NCBI GenBank assembly: GCA_013239625.1
Contig: MU056703.1
Location: forward strand, 124,001 to 188,000
Length of the DNA: 64,000 bases
Direction of reading: 5' to 3'
DNA from: Lama guanicoe
Lineage: Eukaryota
The notes below the pieces were generated by a model that did no database searches, was not told the origin of the DNA, and saw only the letters and a list, made by a program, of their open reading frames with translations. Of this stretch, positions 23,020 to 36,460 are shown piece by piece. Every line of letters starts with the position of its first letter. Position 1 is the stretch's first letter. Position numbers and translations under genes: made by a program.

Positions 23020-26000
23020 GACATTAAGAATGTAGACTGATCACAGTAAATAATTAAATAAGTGATAATTTGCTGATCAGAATCTAAGGAACGTATACTG
23101 GGCATCTGTTGAAATACATCACTTAAAATTGCTCACAGCTCACTCTATCAGGAACCTCTGAAAGCCATAAAAACAACGTATGTCAGGTTTTAATGTTTCA
23201 ATAATTTTTAAGTACTCCTTTTATTTACATTGGCTTCTGTTTCTTTACTCAGATTATCTATAAAATGTTCAATAAAATTATGTTTATGATCAATATAACT
23301 GTATACCCTTAATTCTGAAAGGATTCTATGGGTTTTTACACAACATCTTATAAGATAAATGACAAGATAATTGTTTGATTAGCACATGGATGGTAATGAC
23401 GGGGAAAATGGGCTTAGCATTTTAAAAAAACCCATTAAAATATATTGGGCAGTGAGATCCAGAAAACAAATGCAAAAGAATGGTATCTAATTAACCCTAA
23501 AAACAAGAGGACGTCTGAGTTTTCCCCCTAGACTATAAACTGAAAAACCGGCTTGCTTTAAAACTCATCAGGAAGCTCCTCCCTCCCCTGCTCAGCTGAT
23601 AGTAAGCCAGTCCACCCCAAATCTTGGTACTTACAAGGCTTTTACAGCAAATGAGAAAATAGTAAAGTTAATGCCCCTGAACAGAGATTTCATTTGCACC
23701 AGTTTCATTCTGAGTATGACAAATCCATTCAATACACCCGCTCTTTACGCAAAAATGATTTAAAGTGGACGGTTAGGTGGGTACGGTAGCAATTGAACTT
23801 TCCCCCTTGGCCATGAGGAAATTATGTCTTTAGCAATAAAGACTCTTTAAAACAACTGAATTTCAATACAAAGAATGACCTCCGAGGCTGAGGGTTAATT
23901 TCTCACTTAATCTCTCCATTTTCTCTCCCTCATACCTCTCGTTTGGGATCTCTGTAAGCCAGTTTCTTTAACTTCTTTCCCCCGATGAGTCTAATTGTGT
24001 TGCTTTCCCACCGGGAGACGGGCTTGCCCTTTCTGCCCTGAAGGACACATGACTCTGCTTCTAAGGAGGTTAACTTCGCCACATAAGTGTTTTCAGTTAG
24101 TCTGCGCCATATGCACTTCATACTAAAATATGTACTGGGGATTTCTTCTCTCCTCTAGAAAGTGTGGGGTTTCTGACCCCACTCTTTCATCTTTATGAAG
24201 CCATATGGTTTTCCTGACCTAGGGTAATGCAGATATTTGGCAACTGAGGATGTGCCAAGGCTGCTGAGAACCTACGGAGAAGTAACGGCGCACTCTAACA
24301 GAGTCCGTAACATCGCCCGCATCACCTGCGGCTTTGACACATCCATTCTTTTGGGTGCATCAGGCAAGAGACTTGAATTGTTATCAACAAAAGTGAATGT
24401 CAAATGCATTGCTCAGGAGGCCAAGATATTCTCCCCACCATTAGGACGTCCCCCTGGCAGAGCATTCAGTGCGTGTGTAGATGCAGAGATGGGAGAAGTG
24501 AAGGCACAACTGACCCAGTGGCATTTAGTGGATCCAGCAGCTAAACACCCCTGCCTGCCTGGGCAAGCGGCGTCCAGTTCAATGCGCTGAGGTTTCTTAG
24601 TTCAATTAAGACGTGAGGGTGCTTGATCTCAAGGAGGCTAGGAAACCCAGCCCAACCTTCTCTGAGTTTTCACCTAATTTTAAGTTCCATTTGACTTTGG
24701 TCGTAGCTTCTGTCATTTTTAGTACAGGAAACTGCAAAATAAATTTTTTAAACTGTGAGAAAGTAAGCAGCTTGACTCAAATATCAAGTATAAAAAAGTC
24801 AGCTTGTGTAAGTCATCTGCGTGCTTTGGCCGAAGACACTGAGTTATCCGAGGCAGGGTATTTTATGCTCTGGTTTTCCTAGTCTCTGCGTGGATAACAG
24901 TCCTATTGCTCCTGTCCCATAAAATGGGATGTCTGGGTGACAAATGGCAGTGTGCTCCACGTATTTTGTTCTGTCCCTGTTTCTGTCTGAATGCCATTGC
25001 CACAGTTAGGCAGTTTGAAAAAAAGCCACAATATATTCTTCTGAATAAAATTACACATATGTTACTTCAGAGTCATTTCACTATTGGGAATATAAGAAAT
25101 TCCTTAATTTCCAAGGTATATAATAATCTTATTATATACAGAAAAGAGTTACTATGAATGTGCTTTCCTCATCATTTAAAATTGTTTCCCAAGGCAAAGA
25201 CAGGTAGAAGGGCCCTAACCCCATGTTAGTATGTTCATTTAGGGGAATTTTTTTTCAGAGAAAAATAAATAACATATTTTAAGAATGTGATTCCATGGAT
25301 TTCTAGTCTCAGGTCAAAAATTGTTTCCACGCATTTTTCATAAACTTGTATATAAACATTCATCAATAATGTACCCTCAGTCTTTCCCCTACGCCTTCAG
25401 GAGTTTTGAGAATGAAGACACAGTTCACCTGAATTTCGAGGTGCACGTGGATACCACAAATGCCTGGCAGCACTGAAACACAACAAATGGCAACATTTCA
25501 TCCCATGAGAACCAATATTTTTCGCACTTTGATAAAAAAAAGGAGTCAATGGGTTGAAAGCATTTTGACATCAGAAGATGGCTATGTAACTTTAAGAAGT
25601 TGTTTATAATATCATTGCGACCAGTATGGTAGCAATTTGGACTTGAAGCACGCAGTCTAGGAGGGCTCAAGAGAAAGTGTGCTTTAAATAACTCAACAAA
25701 GTTAACTAGCATCAGTACCCAACAGTTTTAGAAAAACCTGCTCTAAGACTCCAGGTGCATTTTGAAAGGGGACATCCTTGAGAGCGTGCACATCGTCGTG
25801 GCCCCCATCCTTGGTTCGAGTGAAAATACCCTACTGTCACCTGTCTTTGGTTCTCGGTTGGAAAGGACACTGATCCACTGTAGCAGAGAATGGCTCAGCG
25901 GTAAGCTGCTGTCCACGGCCTAATGCAGCTGTGAAGGCTGCTTCAGAAACTGACAGCAGGAGGCCAAGGGAAAGAACCAGATACTCCAGGAATGATCAGG

Positions 26001-29000
26001 TGGGCACCCTCACCCTGCCCACAGCTGGGAGGCATCTAAACTCTGCAAGGGAGGCGATCAAGAGGATGGTAGACTTCCATCACTGCAGAATCTGCCTGGG
26101 AATTCTGACTTGCACAATTTCGAAGTCTCATCTCCAGATCAAATTTTATTAACTGCCAACCCAACCACCAGATCCCGCCAGTTGAAAAAAAAAAAACACA
26201 CTCATATTATGGACGCCCTCAAGCAGTTGATTTGTGATTCTGACAATTTGGCAAAAGAAATGTGTTCAATTTTATCAAATTGAAGCCCTGATTTCTGCAT
26301 GCTTTGACCATCTCTAAATTCCTTCTACTTGAAAGAATGTCCTTATCAATAGATGGAGTTAAGAGGCTACTTCCTTCTGCTCTGCACAGTAAGGTTGCTC
26401 TTACTGTGTGACGATGCTCTTCTTTGCTCTCTTTCCCCAGTGGGAAGAAATGGCCAGCAACTGACCTTGAACTGCAAATCTCTTCTTTTGCCCACGTGAG
26501 GCTATTTCTGGAAATCCAACTGCAAAAAAATAAGAAAGTCAAGGGTGGGAGATGCCAGTTTCTAGTAAGTCATGGGTTACAAACCATGAGTTAGTTATTC
26601 TCACAGATAATCATCGAATATCATATAAAAGAAGGAAAGAAACAAACCATGACCAGCTGTTTGGAGTCTGTTAGGTGTGAAATCATCACCTGTAGTTTCT
26701 GTTCTTCCGGTAACAGAATGGGGAGAATCGACAAGAAATTTTATAAACATTTACTTGGGCACGTCTCTTTTTCACATCACGTATATATATGATGTAAGAT
26801 CTCACTGTAATATGCTAATATTCTAAGATATTATTATGAAGACCCCCCAGATACCTTCGGTTGTCACTGCAATGACAGCAAAGCAAGCTGGCGCTGGGCG
26901 TGTTATACTGTCCCTTTTTGAAAAACACAAAATCAGGATTCACAGGTGTTGAGCCTTGTGCATTGTGCTTCAGTAAATTATTCCAAGAACGTTGTACCTC
27001 TTTCCCAGACGCTTTCTATGAAAAGAAAGAAATGCAGGGTCTGCAGAATCTCTTTGTTAAGAGAGTGGATAAGCGTCTGCTCGATGTTTTCATTAGAGAG
27101 CAGTGAAACGCGCAGGCTGGCAGTGTCTCATTAAGTAAAGAGAGTTTCAGTTGGTTGTCCCCTGTGCATTTGCTGCAAATTAAATCAGAGGGCTCTGAGT
27201 GGAGAGCTGCGTACAGTCAGTGTCATTAGTGGGGGTCCCCTGTCCCTTCCCCAGCACACACCTCTCAAGAGTGGTCCTCCAGTCTCCATAAAACTGAGCT
27301 TGGGGCTGTGGGTGATTTCCCATGTGCCACCCTCCCCTCTCCCCTGTCTCCCCGTTTTCCTGGACGGACAGGCTGGTTTTGTGGGCGGGGGCAAGGGGTC
27401 GCTCTCCTGAGCTGGGGAGAGAACACGGTGGGAACAACATCCCAAAGTCGCTGACGCTGCCTGGCAAAGCCACCGGTTCTCACATCCACAAAGGGAGTCT
27501 CCATCTCTCAGCCTCCTGAAATGTATTCCTCAGAGAAGCTCTCAGCAAGCTGGTGAGGATGATTCCTCATTTTGCCAGATCATAAAAGAGCAGACTTACA
27601 AGTTCATTTAAAGTCTTATTATGGGCTGTGGCTTTAGTGATTTAATGGTATTACAATGAACTACTTCTTGGCTAAACAGATGAAGCACATTCTAGTGCTG
27701 ATGCAGAGAGCATCTCCTGGCTGGCTCCGCCCGATGTGCAAATGCACCTTTTATCAACATCTTGTTTCTGACATTATTTTGCTTTTATCTCATAAAGTAG
27801 CACGTGCTCACTCTATAGATGACCCAGCCCAGTGCCATTATCATTTTTGAAACTTAGAGAGTGAAAGGGCAAAAATGTTGATACTGGGCATATTTAAAGA
27901 AATATGGTTTGTTCAGAGAAAATTATGTGAAACAGACAATTCCTTCTAAAATCTACACTTACACAAATTTGTCATCGTATTTCTAGCTAACTTTATCCAG
28001 GTACAGTTGTACTCAATCATAGTTACCGCTTGGCTCTCTTAAAGTAGGTGGATGTACTTCACTTCCATCAGTAATTACAATTCATGTGAGTATTGATGGT
28101 GAAATTCATTCTGGCAGGAGTCACTAGTTCATGTAGGGTGTTCCCAACTCTCCAGGCAAGAAGTTAACAATTATTTCATTTCGTGCTTTTAAGAATGAAA
28201 TTCATGGGCAGTTAATAATGTATTTAGAACCGTATGTGAAAGATATCAGAAATGACTGCTCCTTCGAAAGGTGGGAAGTCACTTTTAAAGAATGGGTTAA
28301 TGCATGGTGAGAAATAAAATACTCCTCCAGCTTCAAATTCTACTCAAAACCCGCAAAGCCTGGAGCTTCATCCTGAAATAATGATTTTATTGCTTTGCCC
28401 AAATCCTTTTTCCCTTTTCTCCAATAATTTTCTTTAATTCACTGAATCACAGAAAACAACTCCAGATCTGCACACCTGAGGCAGTAATTTTAAAACGAAT
28501 TGAAGGGAAAATCTGAATTACTCATTTTCTTTTCCACTTGTTATTGTTCTTTGGGAGACAGAGGCAGTGGGCGGACATTCAGGACCAACTACTCCAGTTT
28601 CCTTCAGAGGCAAGCAAACCTGTGCCCAGAGGCACCAAGCCAATGACCCAGAAATGCAACAGGTCCTTCGCGGAGTCGAGTGGCCCATCAGGCCTTCGAG
28701 TCTGGAGGACGGAGGGCCTGCATCCCAGGCAGTGGACTCATCTTTTCCCAGATGTAATATTAACATATCCTTCTGCTTGTTTAATCTGGAAACAAACAAT
28801 CCTGCAGGGCTTTTCTTGCTATGCAAATGCAAATTTTAAAAAGGCAAGTTTCTCTGCTAATAAAAGACCTTCATCTGTCTTTAAAACCTTTGCGTTAAGA
28901 AAATGTAATAAATAGGCAGAATCTGTGTCTGGCCAGCAGCCTGGTGTGGGTGCTGATCCTTTTCCAGGGACACTCATCCTCACAGGCTCTGAAATCTAGG

Positions 29001-30134
29001 GAGAATGGCTCGGAAGGATGCAAGGTGGGTCCCTGTCAAGGGCACATGTGAGTCTGAAGATGCAACCTTCCTGAAGGAATGCCCTTATCGGGATGGAACG
29101 TCAGAGAGTCGTGTTAGTTTTACATGAAGAATCCGCCTGTAGCGTCTTCCATTATGCCACATGCATTTATGCATGAGCTTACTCAGATTCCGTCTTGTTT
29201 CCAAAACGATATGTGACCATACCAACTCCCTCCCTCCCTGAGGCCAGTGTTTCCACCCAAGTTTAAGCAAGCCTTCTGCAACATTTAGAGACTCTAAGTG
29301 CATCATTAATTCTGTGACATTTAGATATTTTTAGTCATTAAGTACTACCCAGAGCTACAGGACTGTCCCTAAGGCATAAATACAGAGGAAAAGATGAATA
29401 TCTTATGAAAATCACAAGCAAAAAAAAAATAGAATTAAAGAAAACTGCAAAGACAGAAAGAAAAATGGCCAAGTATCCAAATAGCCACATTTAAAAAAAA
29501 ATTAAATTGTTTCACTTATACAAAAATAAACTCAAAGTCTAATAAGCTCCTTCATGCTAAGCACCAACATTCTGTCTCGCTTAACAAAACGTTAACGCAA
29601 TGCAAATGCTATTTCTCTATCTTAAATAAGTGTACTCCACTTGACTATAAATTAATAGAAATAGACCCAATTAAGAGACTAAAAATCTCCCCCCTTTTTA
29701 AAACCAACTCCTGAGTTACATAAATATTAAAATCTAGAAAGAAAACAGAATCTATTTTTAGGTCAATATCTTACCATAAACATCTCAAATTAGTTATTAA
29801 CTTCCTACAATCAACCAATTTATTTTGATATACTAAAACATAAAGGATTCCACATAAATTATTGTTAATTACATCAATTGCATCTGTAATGCTGTGTGTT
29901 TTCCACTGAGCTTTAATGAGAGCTATTTGTATGTGTACTGTTACAAACACAGCACGTACTGGGTTTTTTCCCTAGAACTGCCGTCATCAAGAAGAGAGTA
30001 ATCAGAAGTGAAGAGGTGGGATGAGAGGCGCGTAACTCAACAGAGCGCTAGCAAAGGCAACGGGACATAGCCCTCTGGAAATTATTTTGCCTTCCTTTGG
30101 GCCAGTCTTCCCTCACACAGAGTCACTGGCCCCA

Positions 30135-30520
30135 GTGTTCTCACGAATTGCCTGCAGCAGTGCGTCTAAAACTGATAGACATAGCGAGTGACTGGAGGGT
30201 CTTGCCGGGATGACGGTTCCAGCTCTGCAGGTCTGGGGTGGCGCTGCTGAGTCTGGATTTTTTTAACAGTCTCCCGGATGACACCAACCACCTGATTTGG
30301 GATCACAATTTGTGTAGCAATGTTGTACAGCGATGCATCTCAAATGTGGCCCCTTGCCCACCTGCTGCAGATTAATGAGATGGCTTATTTATTTTTTAAT
30401 GCAGAATTCTAGAGATGACCTCAGGCCCAGTGACTCTAGGTTCCAAAGCTAGAGCTGATTTTCACGCAAGCCCTCCACGTGGACGCCTCTGCGCAGCAGT
30501 CTCTGGAAATCTACTCCATA
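30135..30520. mobile_element. Two adjacent MER5-like MITE remnants
   Basis: gcaggtctggggtgg...tttttaacagtctcccggatga...cacaatttgtgtagca; second unit tctcaaatgtggcccc...aatgcagaattct. Confidence 0.6.
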
Positions 30521-30624
30521 GGGAACTGGCAGGTGTGTGTGTGTTTAACTCTAACTGTGTAACGTGAGGGTCCAAAGCAACTTTTCCCCGAATAATTAGA
30601 TGAGTATAAGGCTATAAAAAAGAG

Positions 30625-30772
30625 ACACAGGGAACTATATTCAATAGCTTATAATAGTCTATAATGAAAAGAATATGAAAAAGAATATATATACATATAA
30701 CTGAATCACTGTGCTGTACACCAGAAACTAACACAACACTGTAAATCAGCTGTACTTCAATTAAACAAAATA
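30625..30772 (+). mobile_element. L1 3' end
   Basis: cacagggaactatattcaatag...tgctgtacaccagaaactaacacaacactgtaaatc. Confidence 0.9.
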
Positions 30773-30874
30773 AGAGAGAGAGAGAACCGGTGCAAACAAT
30801 TGCTGCTCGAAAGAGGTAATTCCAGATCATGAACTTTTAAAAATAACTGTCACCTGGTCTCTGAGGCTTCCACT

Positions 30875-31032
30875 CCTAGCCCAGCAGCTCTCAGACTTCA
30901 GCATCCACCGGAGACACTTGGAGGTCTCGGTAAATCCCAGCCAGTGACTAAGCAGGTCTGGGCCAGGGGTGCCAAGAGTCTGTGTTTCCAAGTCCCCAAG
31001 GGATGCTAATGTTACAGGTCTGGGGACCACAC
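30875..31032. mobile_element. MER5A-like MITE remnant
   Basis: gcaggtctgggccagggg...ccaagtccccaagggatgctaatg...ggtctggggaccacac. Confidence 0.6.
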
Positions 31033-31078
31033 CTGGTCCTACACGACCTGGTCCCACACAACCTGGTCCTACACGACC
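31031..31078. repeat. 15-bp tandem repeat ACCTGGTCCYACACR x3.2
   Basis: Units at 31031, 31046 and 31061. Confidence 0.95.
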
Positions 31079-31589
31079 GCACCATGTCGACAACTCACAA
31101 AGCCTGGAACGCGGATGTCCTTTTGTGTCTTTTCAATCCAAACATTGCTTAAAAACGGGTGTGTTTATTCAAAGCAAAGTACCCGCCTGCTGAGACAGTC
31201 GCGGGGCTAAAGAAAGAATCACAGAACAGAGCTGCAGTCTGAGGAGACAGGTCGAGCTAACATACTGTGCCGTTCTGTGGCACCTCAAGGGAGCACACAG
31301 CAAAGTGTTAAAAGGGAATGAATTACACCCACTTTAGGGGTTCTGAGAATTCAGTATGGCCTGGATTAGCTTGTATTGTTTTAATTAACAGTACGGAACT
31401 GCAGTGTTCCTTGAAAATAGTGTGTCCTGCAGACGGTGGAGGTCATATTCTCCACGTGTCTGCCGGGCCTGCTTTGTCGGTAACTCTTACATCCTTGCGG
31501 CTTGTCTTTGCTCTCTGCTTGTTTTGTCAGCTACTTTGGAGGGTGAGTTACCATCTTCCGCTGTGCTAGGAGCTTGCTCCAGCCCTTTG

Positions 31590-33340
31590 GTTCTTTAGTT
31601 TTGTGTATTTTTTGAGGCAATGTTATTAGATAAATTCAGATTATTAACTATTACATCTTCCTGGTGAGCAGAGCTTTTATCATTTTGAAATGCTCCTCTT
31701 TCATGCTATTTCTTGCCTTAATAAAGTGTCTCGGTTATGTTTTTGTGATAGGACTTTTCCCATCCTTTTACTCTGACAGTTGTATAATCTCATACAATCT
31801 TCATATAATCTCCAGGTAAGTCTCTTGTAAACAGCATAGAAATGGGGTGTGTGTGTGTGTGTGTGTGTGTCTTTAATTAAGCCTGACCATTTTGGCCTTT
31901 TAATTGAAGTCCTTTTATAAAGCAATAATGTTGCAGAAAAATGCGTTACAGCTCAGTGTTACAGCTCAGTTGTGACAGCAACCTGGATCCCAGCAAGAGA
32001 CCAAGCAGCACTCGGAGAGCTGGAGAACTCAGGTTTGTCACACCAGCAGGCCCAGAGGAGTGAACACTCCAAGCTCTGGACCCCGCCTGTAGGTGTACAC
32101 AGGACTTTATAGGCTGCCAGTTTACACTTTGCAACATCATATGCAAATAAGGTATAACAAAAGTTGACTAATTAGGAACAAGCTTCGTAGAAATGGACCA
32201 ATCAGGAGGGAGAGAAATAACCAATCAGGAGTGAGCTCAGGGAACCAATAAAATTTTAGGGGTAAGTTCCACTTTCCTAGAAGCAAGCCCTTTCAGAGGC
32301 AAAAAGTGAGCTAGAGCCTCTGGGCCAGGGAACTGGGTGGTGCTGGCAGGAAAGCAGTGGCCCTGCCGGTCTTTCTGTGGGGCTTCCTACCTCAATAACT
32401 GACATATTTGCATTTAGGTTTGCCATCTTACTATTCATTTGTTATTTCTAAGGCCATTTTTTCTCTAAGATTAAATTTTTTTAGATTATTTCTGTTATTC
32501 TATCCCCTATTAGCTTTTAAATTGTACTATTTTAAAATTATTTTAATGACTGTCAGAGGTACTGCAATATGCATTCTTGACTTATTACCAAGTATATGTT
32601 GGCACGTTTACCTCACTCAAGACAATTATAAAACGTTTACAACTCTCACTCAGTTTAACCCTCACCCAAATTATGTTTTGGCTGCTTGTTTTGATTCTAG
32701 ATTCATTTTTCATTTTAGGAGTTTTTTTTTTTTTAAGTATGTAGTTAGTCCTTTTTCTGTTTTCCCAGATCTTTATGTTTTTCTCTTCACTCTTCCTGCG
32801 TCTCTAAGCCGACATCTGGAAGATCTTTCCTTCAGCCAGAAGAACACTTTTTAGTATTTCCTTTGGTGAAAATTTAAGGGTGATGAACTAGGTTAGGTTG
32901 GTTTGTAAACATAATTATTATTTCACCTTCATTGTTGAGGGATGATCTTGTAGGATGTGTAATCCTGGATTTGGAGTTACTTGCATTCAGCACTTCGAGC
33001 ATGTTGTTTCCCGGATGCTCTGGTTTCCTCCCAGGAGCCGGCTGTGTAGTTTATCCTTGTTCATTTGAGAGTAAGCTGTGCTTTTCCCTCCGGCTGCTGT
33101 TACTGCTTCTCCTCCTTGGCTTCGCTGTGTTACCACGATGCTATAAAACGCTATCTTAACATCACCTTTTTTTTTTTTATCATGCTTGCTGTTCAGATAC
33201 ATCTTTAATTGGCAGCTTGATTCCTTTTGCCATTTTCAGAAAATTATTAGAAAGATTATTTCTTCAGATATTGCTTCTGCCCTGTTCTTTTCTCTTCCGC
33301 TTTATTCTGAACGTTTTCTTCGAATCTGTCTTGTGTTTTT
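31590..33340 (-). mobile_element. Ancient L1M (ORF2 5' part and inter-ORF region) interrupted by a solo LTR
   Basis: tctcttgtaaacagcatag...ccttttaattgaagt, resuming at 32395; T-rich throughout. Confidence 0.7.
31929..32394 (-). mobile_element. ERV1-type solo LTR, copy A (466 bp), 4-bp TSD
   Basis: TG...CA ends; TSD ataa at 31925-31928 and 32395-32398; reversed TATA (tttata), three CCAAT boxes, octamer; close paralog at 42412-42873. Confidence 0.9.
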
Positions 33341-33369
33341 TCAGTCCTCACACTCTGGATGCATGTAAC

Positions 33370-33805
33370 AAGTCCTATGGGTTTCAAGGGCATTGTGCTG
33401 AGTGAGAAGTGTCAGTCTCGAAAGGGCATAGATCGAGTGTTTCCATTTGTGTGACATTCTCAAAATGGCAAAATTACATAGCTGGAGAGAAAATTAGTGT
33501 TTGCTCGGGGTTGAGGAAGGGTGGAAGGGAAGGCCTGCTGACGCACAGCACAGGGAGGTCCCTGTGGTAATGGAGCATTCTGTATTTGGACGACAGTGGT
33601 GGTTACCCAAACTACACTTGTTACAGAATGACACAGAACTACACATGGACACTGCGCGCAGTCAAACTCCTGGTCTTGCTGTTACACTATGATTATGTAA
33701 GATGTGACATTGAGGGAAACTGGGCAAAGGGACAGGGACTGCTCTGGACTAGCTTGGCAACTTCCTGTGAGTCTGTAATTATTTAATAATGAAAAGTTTG
33801 TTAAT
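33370..33805 (+). mobile_element. Old L1 3'UTR (L1MC/MD-like)
   Basis: caagggcattgtgctgagtgagaag...ttccatttgtgtgacattctcaaaatggcaaaatta...gcaacttcctgtgagtctgtaattatt. Confidence 0.8.
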
Positions 33806-33899
33806 TAAACCAAAAGCCAAGATAATTTTTACTGCGAATGACCACACTGCAGCACAGATCCGGCACTGTAACGTATAATTAGCACACAGAACAAACAGC

Positions 33900-34500
33900 T
33901 TTTATTTATGCAAACACCCAATAAAAATGGGAAAATATTCCTTTCCCAATGACATCAGAAAGACAAACTACATAAGATCAGCGCAACAAAAATGTCACTA
34001 TCTTTATGAAGAAAACTTTAAAAACTTCTGAAGGATGGGAAAATGATGAACATGTCATTTGATATGTCTGTTTAAGATTATCCCTCCCAAATGACAACAG
34101 ACTTTTATCAGGAATTACTTAAGCTTGTTCTAAAGTTTATCAGAGGAAAAGCAGAAAAACAAACAAAAAACCATGCAATAATGAAGACTAATTAAAAAAT
34201 CATGCAACAATGAAGAGGGGTTGTCCTAATAGGTGTTCGGACATATAATAAAACCTCAAGAAGTAAAACAGTTGGTTACTGCCAGGGCATAGACAGAAAC
34301 CCTTTAGGACAGAAAGAAACATCTACAAATTGGGATAAACTTATTCAACAATGCTGTATATTATTTTAAAGTCAGTAGAGGAGGAAATTCTGCATATGGG
34401 GATGGTGGGCTTGGATATTTAACTCTTCTAATGAACAAAACAATAAAAGCTGGGGGGAAATCTTAAAAATCAGATTGACGTCATCAGAGATCTAGCAATG
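33900..34500 (+). mobile_element. Ancient L1M ORF2 remnant
   Basis: A-rich; ctttatgaagaaaactttaaaaacttctgaagg, ttctaaagtttat. Confidence 0.55.
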
Positions 34501-34879
34501 AATGAAAAATTATGATGCCAAGATCTGAGACAACAAGGAGACACCCGAGGTGAGCTGGGATCTGGGGCAACTTTGCAGCTAGAAGCATCTTCAGAGAAGC
34601 AGACCGTGAGCCCATGAGGTTGAGAGGCAGGACAACAGACGCCGCAGAGCCGTGGGACTGGGGGATGGAGTCCGGGGGAAAGCATGTTCAAAGACGTGGA
34701 CATGGTTTTCATCGTTGAGGAAGGTCAGGTTTTCTCGGGTGACTTTGTTCACTGTTCCTTCCGGAAGCTAATGAAGCCCCTCTCAGCGGCCTCGCGCTCA
34801 CCGTCAGCACCTGCCGCGCACCAGCGCTCTCGGGCTTGGTTCCTATGCGTGACTGATCGGTGTGCTTTCTTTATTCCCA

Positions 34880-35700
34880 AGGTTCCATCATTTCTTTTCT
34901 GTCGAGAGAACTTCCTTTAGCTTTCCTTTGAGTGTAGGTGTGACAAATTCTCTTAGTTCTCTTCATTCAAGAAAATATTTTTTTCTTTGTCTTTAGTTTT
35001 CAGAAGTGTAAATATGATGTATCCTATTTGGGTTCATTGGTCCTTGGCCAAATTTGGGAAACTTCCAGCCATTAGGCTTCGGGTATTTTTTCAGTCCCAC
35101 CTCTTCCTCTCCTGGTGTCCAGGGAGGACACATTAGCCCTTCGGTTACGGTTCCCCAGGTCCCAGGCGCTCAGTCCATTCTGTCCTGCAGCCTGTTTTCT
35201 CTGCTATTCAGACTGGATACTTCCTGTTGTTCTGCCTTCACGTTTACCTGTTCTCTCCTCTGTCCTCACCAGCCTGTTCTTGAGTCCATCCACTGAGTCT
35301 CTTACTTGTGACGTGTACGTTTCGGGTCTAAAATCTGTTTCTTCTTTATATCTTCTGTTTCAGTGCTGAGATGTTCTATTTTTTTCATTTGTTCCAAGAG
35401 TGCTTCAGTGCTTCATGGCAGTAATTTTCTGTTGGCCCCTGTACCGTACTCTTCAGATAATCCCACCATCTGTGTGCTCTCAGTTTTTGCGTCTGCTGAT
35501 TATCTTTTCTCATTCACATCGAGATTTTCCTGGATTTTGATGTGACTGACTTTTAATTGAATTCTGGGACACTTTGGGTGCTGTGTGATGAGGCCACGGC
35601 TCTTACTTAAATCTTCTGTTGGCAGGACGCCTTGAACAGCACTGGGAGAAGGATGGGCCTGCCTTGTAACTTCTAGGTGAAGGGGGGGGTCTCGGCTCCA
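34880..35700 (-). mobile_element. Ancient L1M ORF1/5' remnant
   Basis: caaattctcttagtt, caaatttgggaaacttccagccatt, gagtccatccactgag, cttcagataatccca. Confidence 0.6.
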
Positions 35701-35914
35701 CAAGCGGCCAGGGTGAAGGGGCACTTGTTACTGCTGGGTGGTCGAGGGAGGCAGGCTCTCCGCTGATGACAGGTGGAGGGCCCCTGTTACTGCCCCCACG
35801 TGGCCCCAGGCACACTATGGCAGGGGTCCTGTGGGCCCCGGCAGTGCTAGGACTCCCAACTCCCTGGGCTGGGGGCCTGGGGGCAGAGGGAGGGACAGAC
35901 AGATCTGTGTGCCT

Positions 35915-36200
35915 TGTGATGGCTGGTTTTACGTGTCAACCCGACCAGGCTGAGGGGTGCCCGGCAGCTGGTGAGACGTGGTTTCTGGGTGTGCCTGTGA
36001 AGGTGGTTGTGGAAGAGGTGAGCATTTGAGTCACCGGACTGAGCAAAGCAGATCCCCTCCCCAGTGTGTGAGCCCCCTCTGACCTGCCGAGGGCCCGGAC
36101 AGGACGAAGAGGCAGAGGGCGGGCGCGCGGGTTCCGTCTGGGCTGAGACGCCCGTCTTCCCCGCCCGCGGACGCTGCCGCGCCTCGCCTCCCCGGGCCAG
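35915..36200 (+). mobile_element. MLT2 (ERVL) LTR remnant, strongly GC-shifted
   Basis: tgtgatggctggttttacgtgtcaacccgacc...tttctgggtgtgcctgtga...ggaagaggtgagcatttgagtc...gactgagcaaagcagatc follows the MLT2 5' consensus. Confidence 0.8.
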
Positions 36201-36460
36201 ACGCGCCCAGCTGCCTGGCACGCGGCCGGCGGCCCTCCCTGGGGCCGAGTGTCCTCACGCCTGTGACCCCCTCGGTCAGGGATTGCTGTGAACAGTGAAC
36301 GAGAAACGCGGTGTGGCACATTCAGTACAAAATCCGCCGGCCAGCGCGCCCTCCGAGCCTGACCGGGTTCGCGTTTAGGCCATGAGCGCGGCGCTGTTTG
36401 TTCTCTTCATTAAAGTCAGCACCGACCCCTGGCTTGTGCCGTGAGCTTCACTGCGGTGTA
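36085..36460. promoter_or_regulatory. CpG island
   Basis: Very dense CpG (gcgggcgcgcggg, cgcccgcggacg, cgcggccggcgg); GC boxes. Confidence 0.75.

Noticed and set aside
25905-25925. REST/RE1 site (ggacagc half on the minus strand)
   Set aside because: Left half does not match TCAGCACC.
31031-31078. CRISPR-like array
   Set aside because: Contiguous tandem units without spacers, in mammalian DNA.
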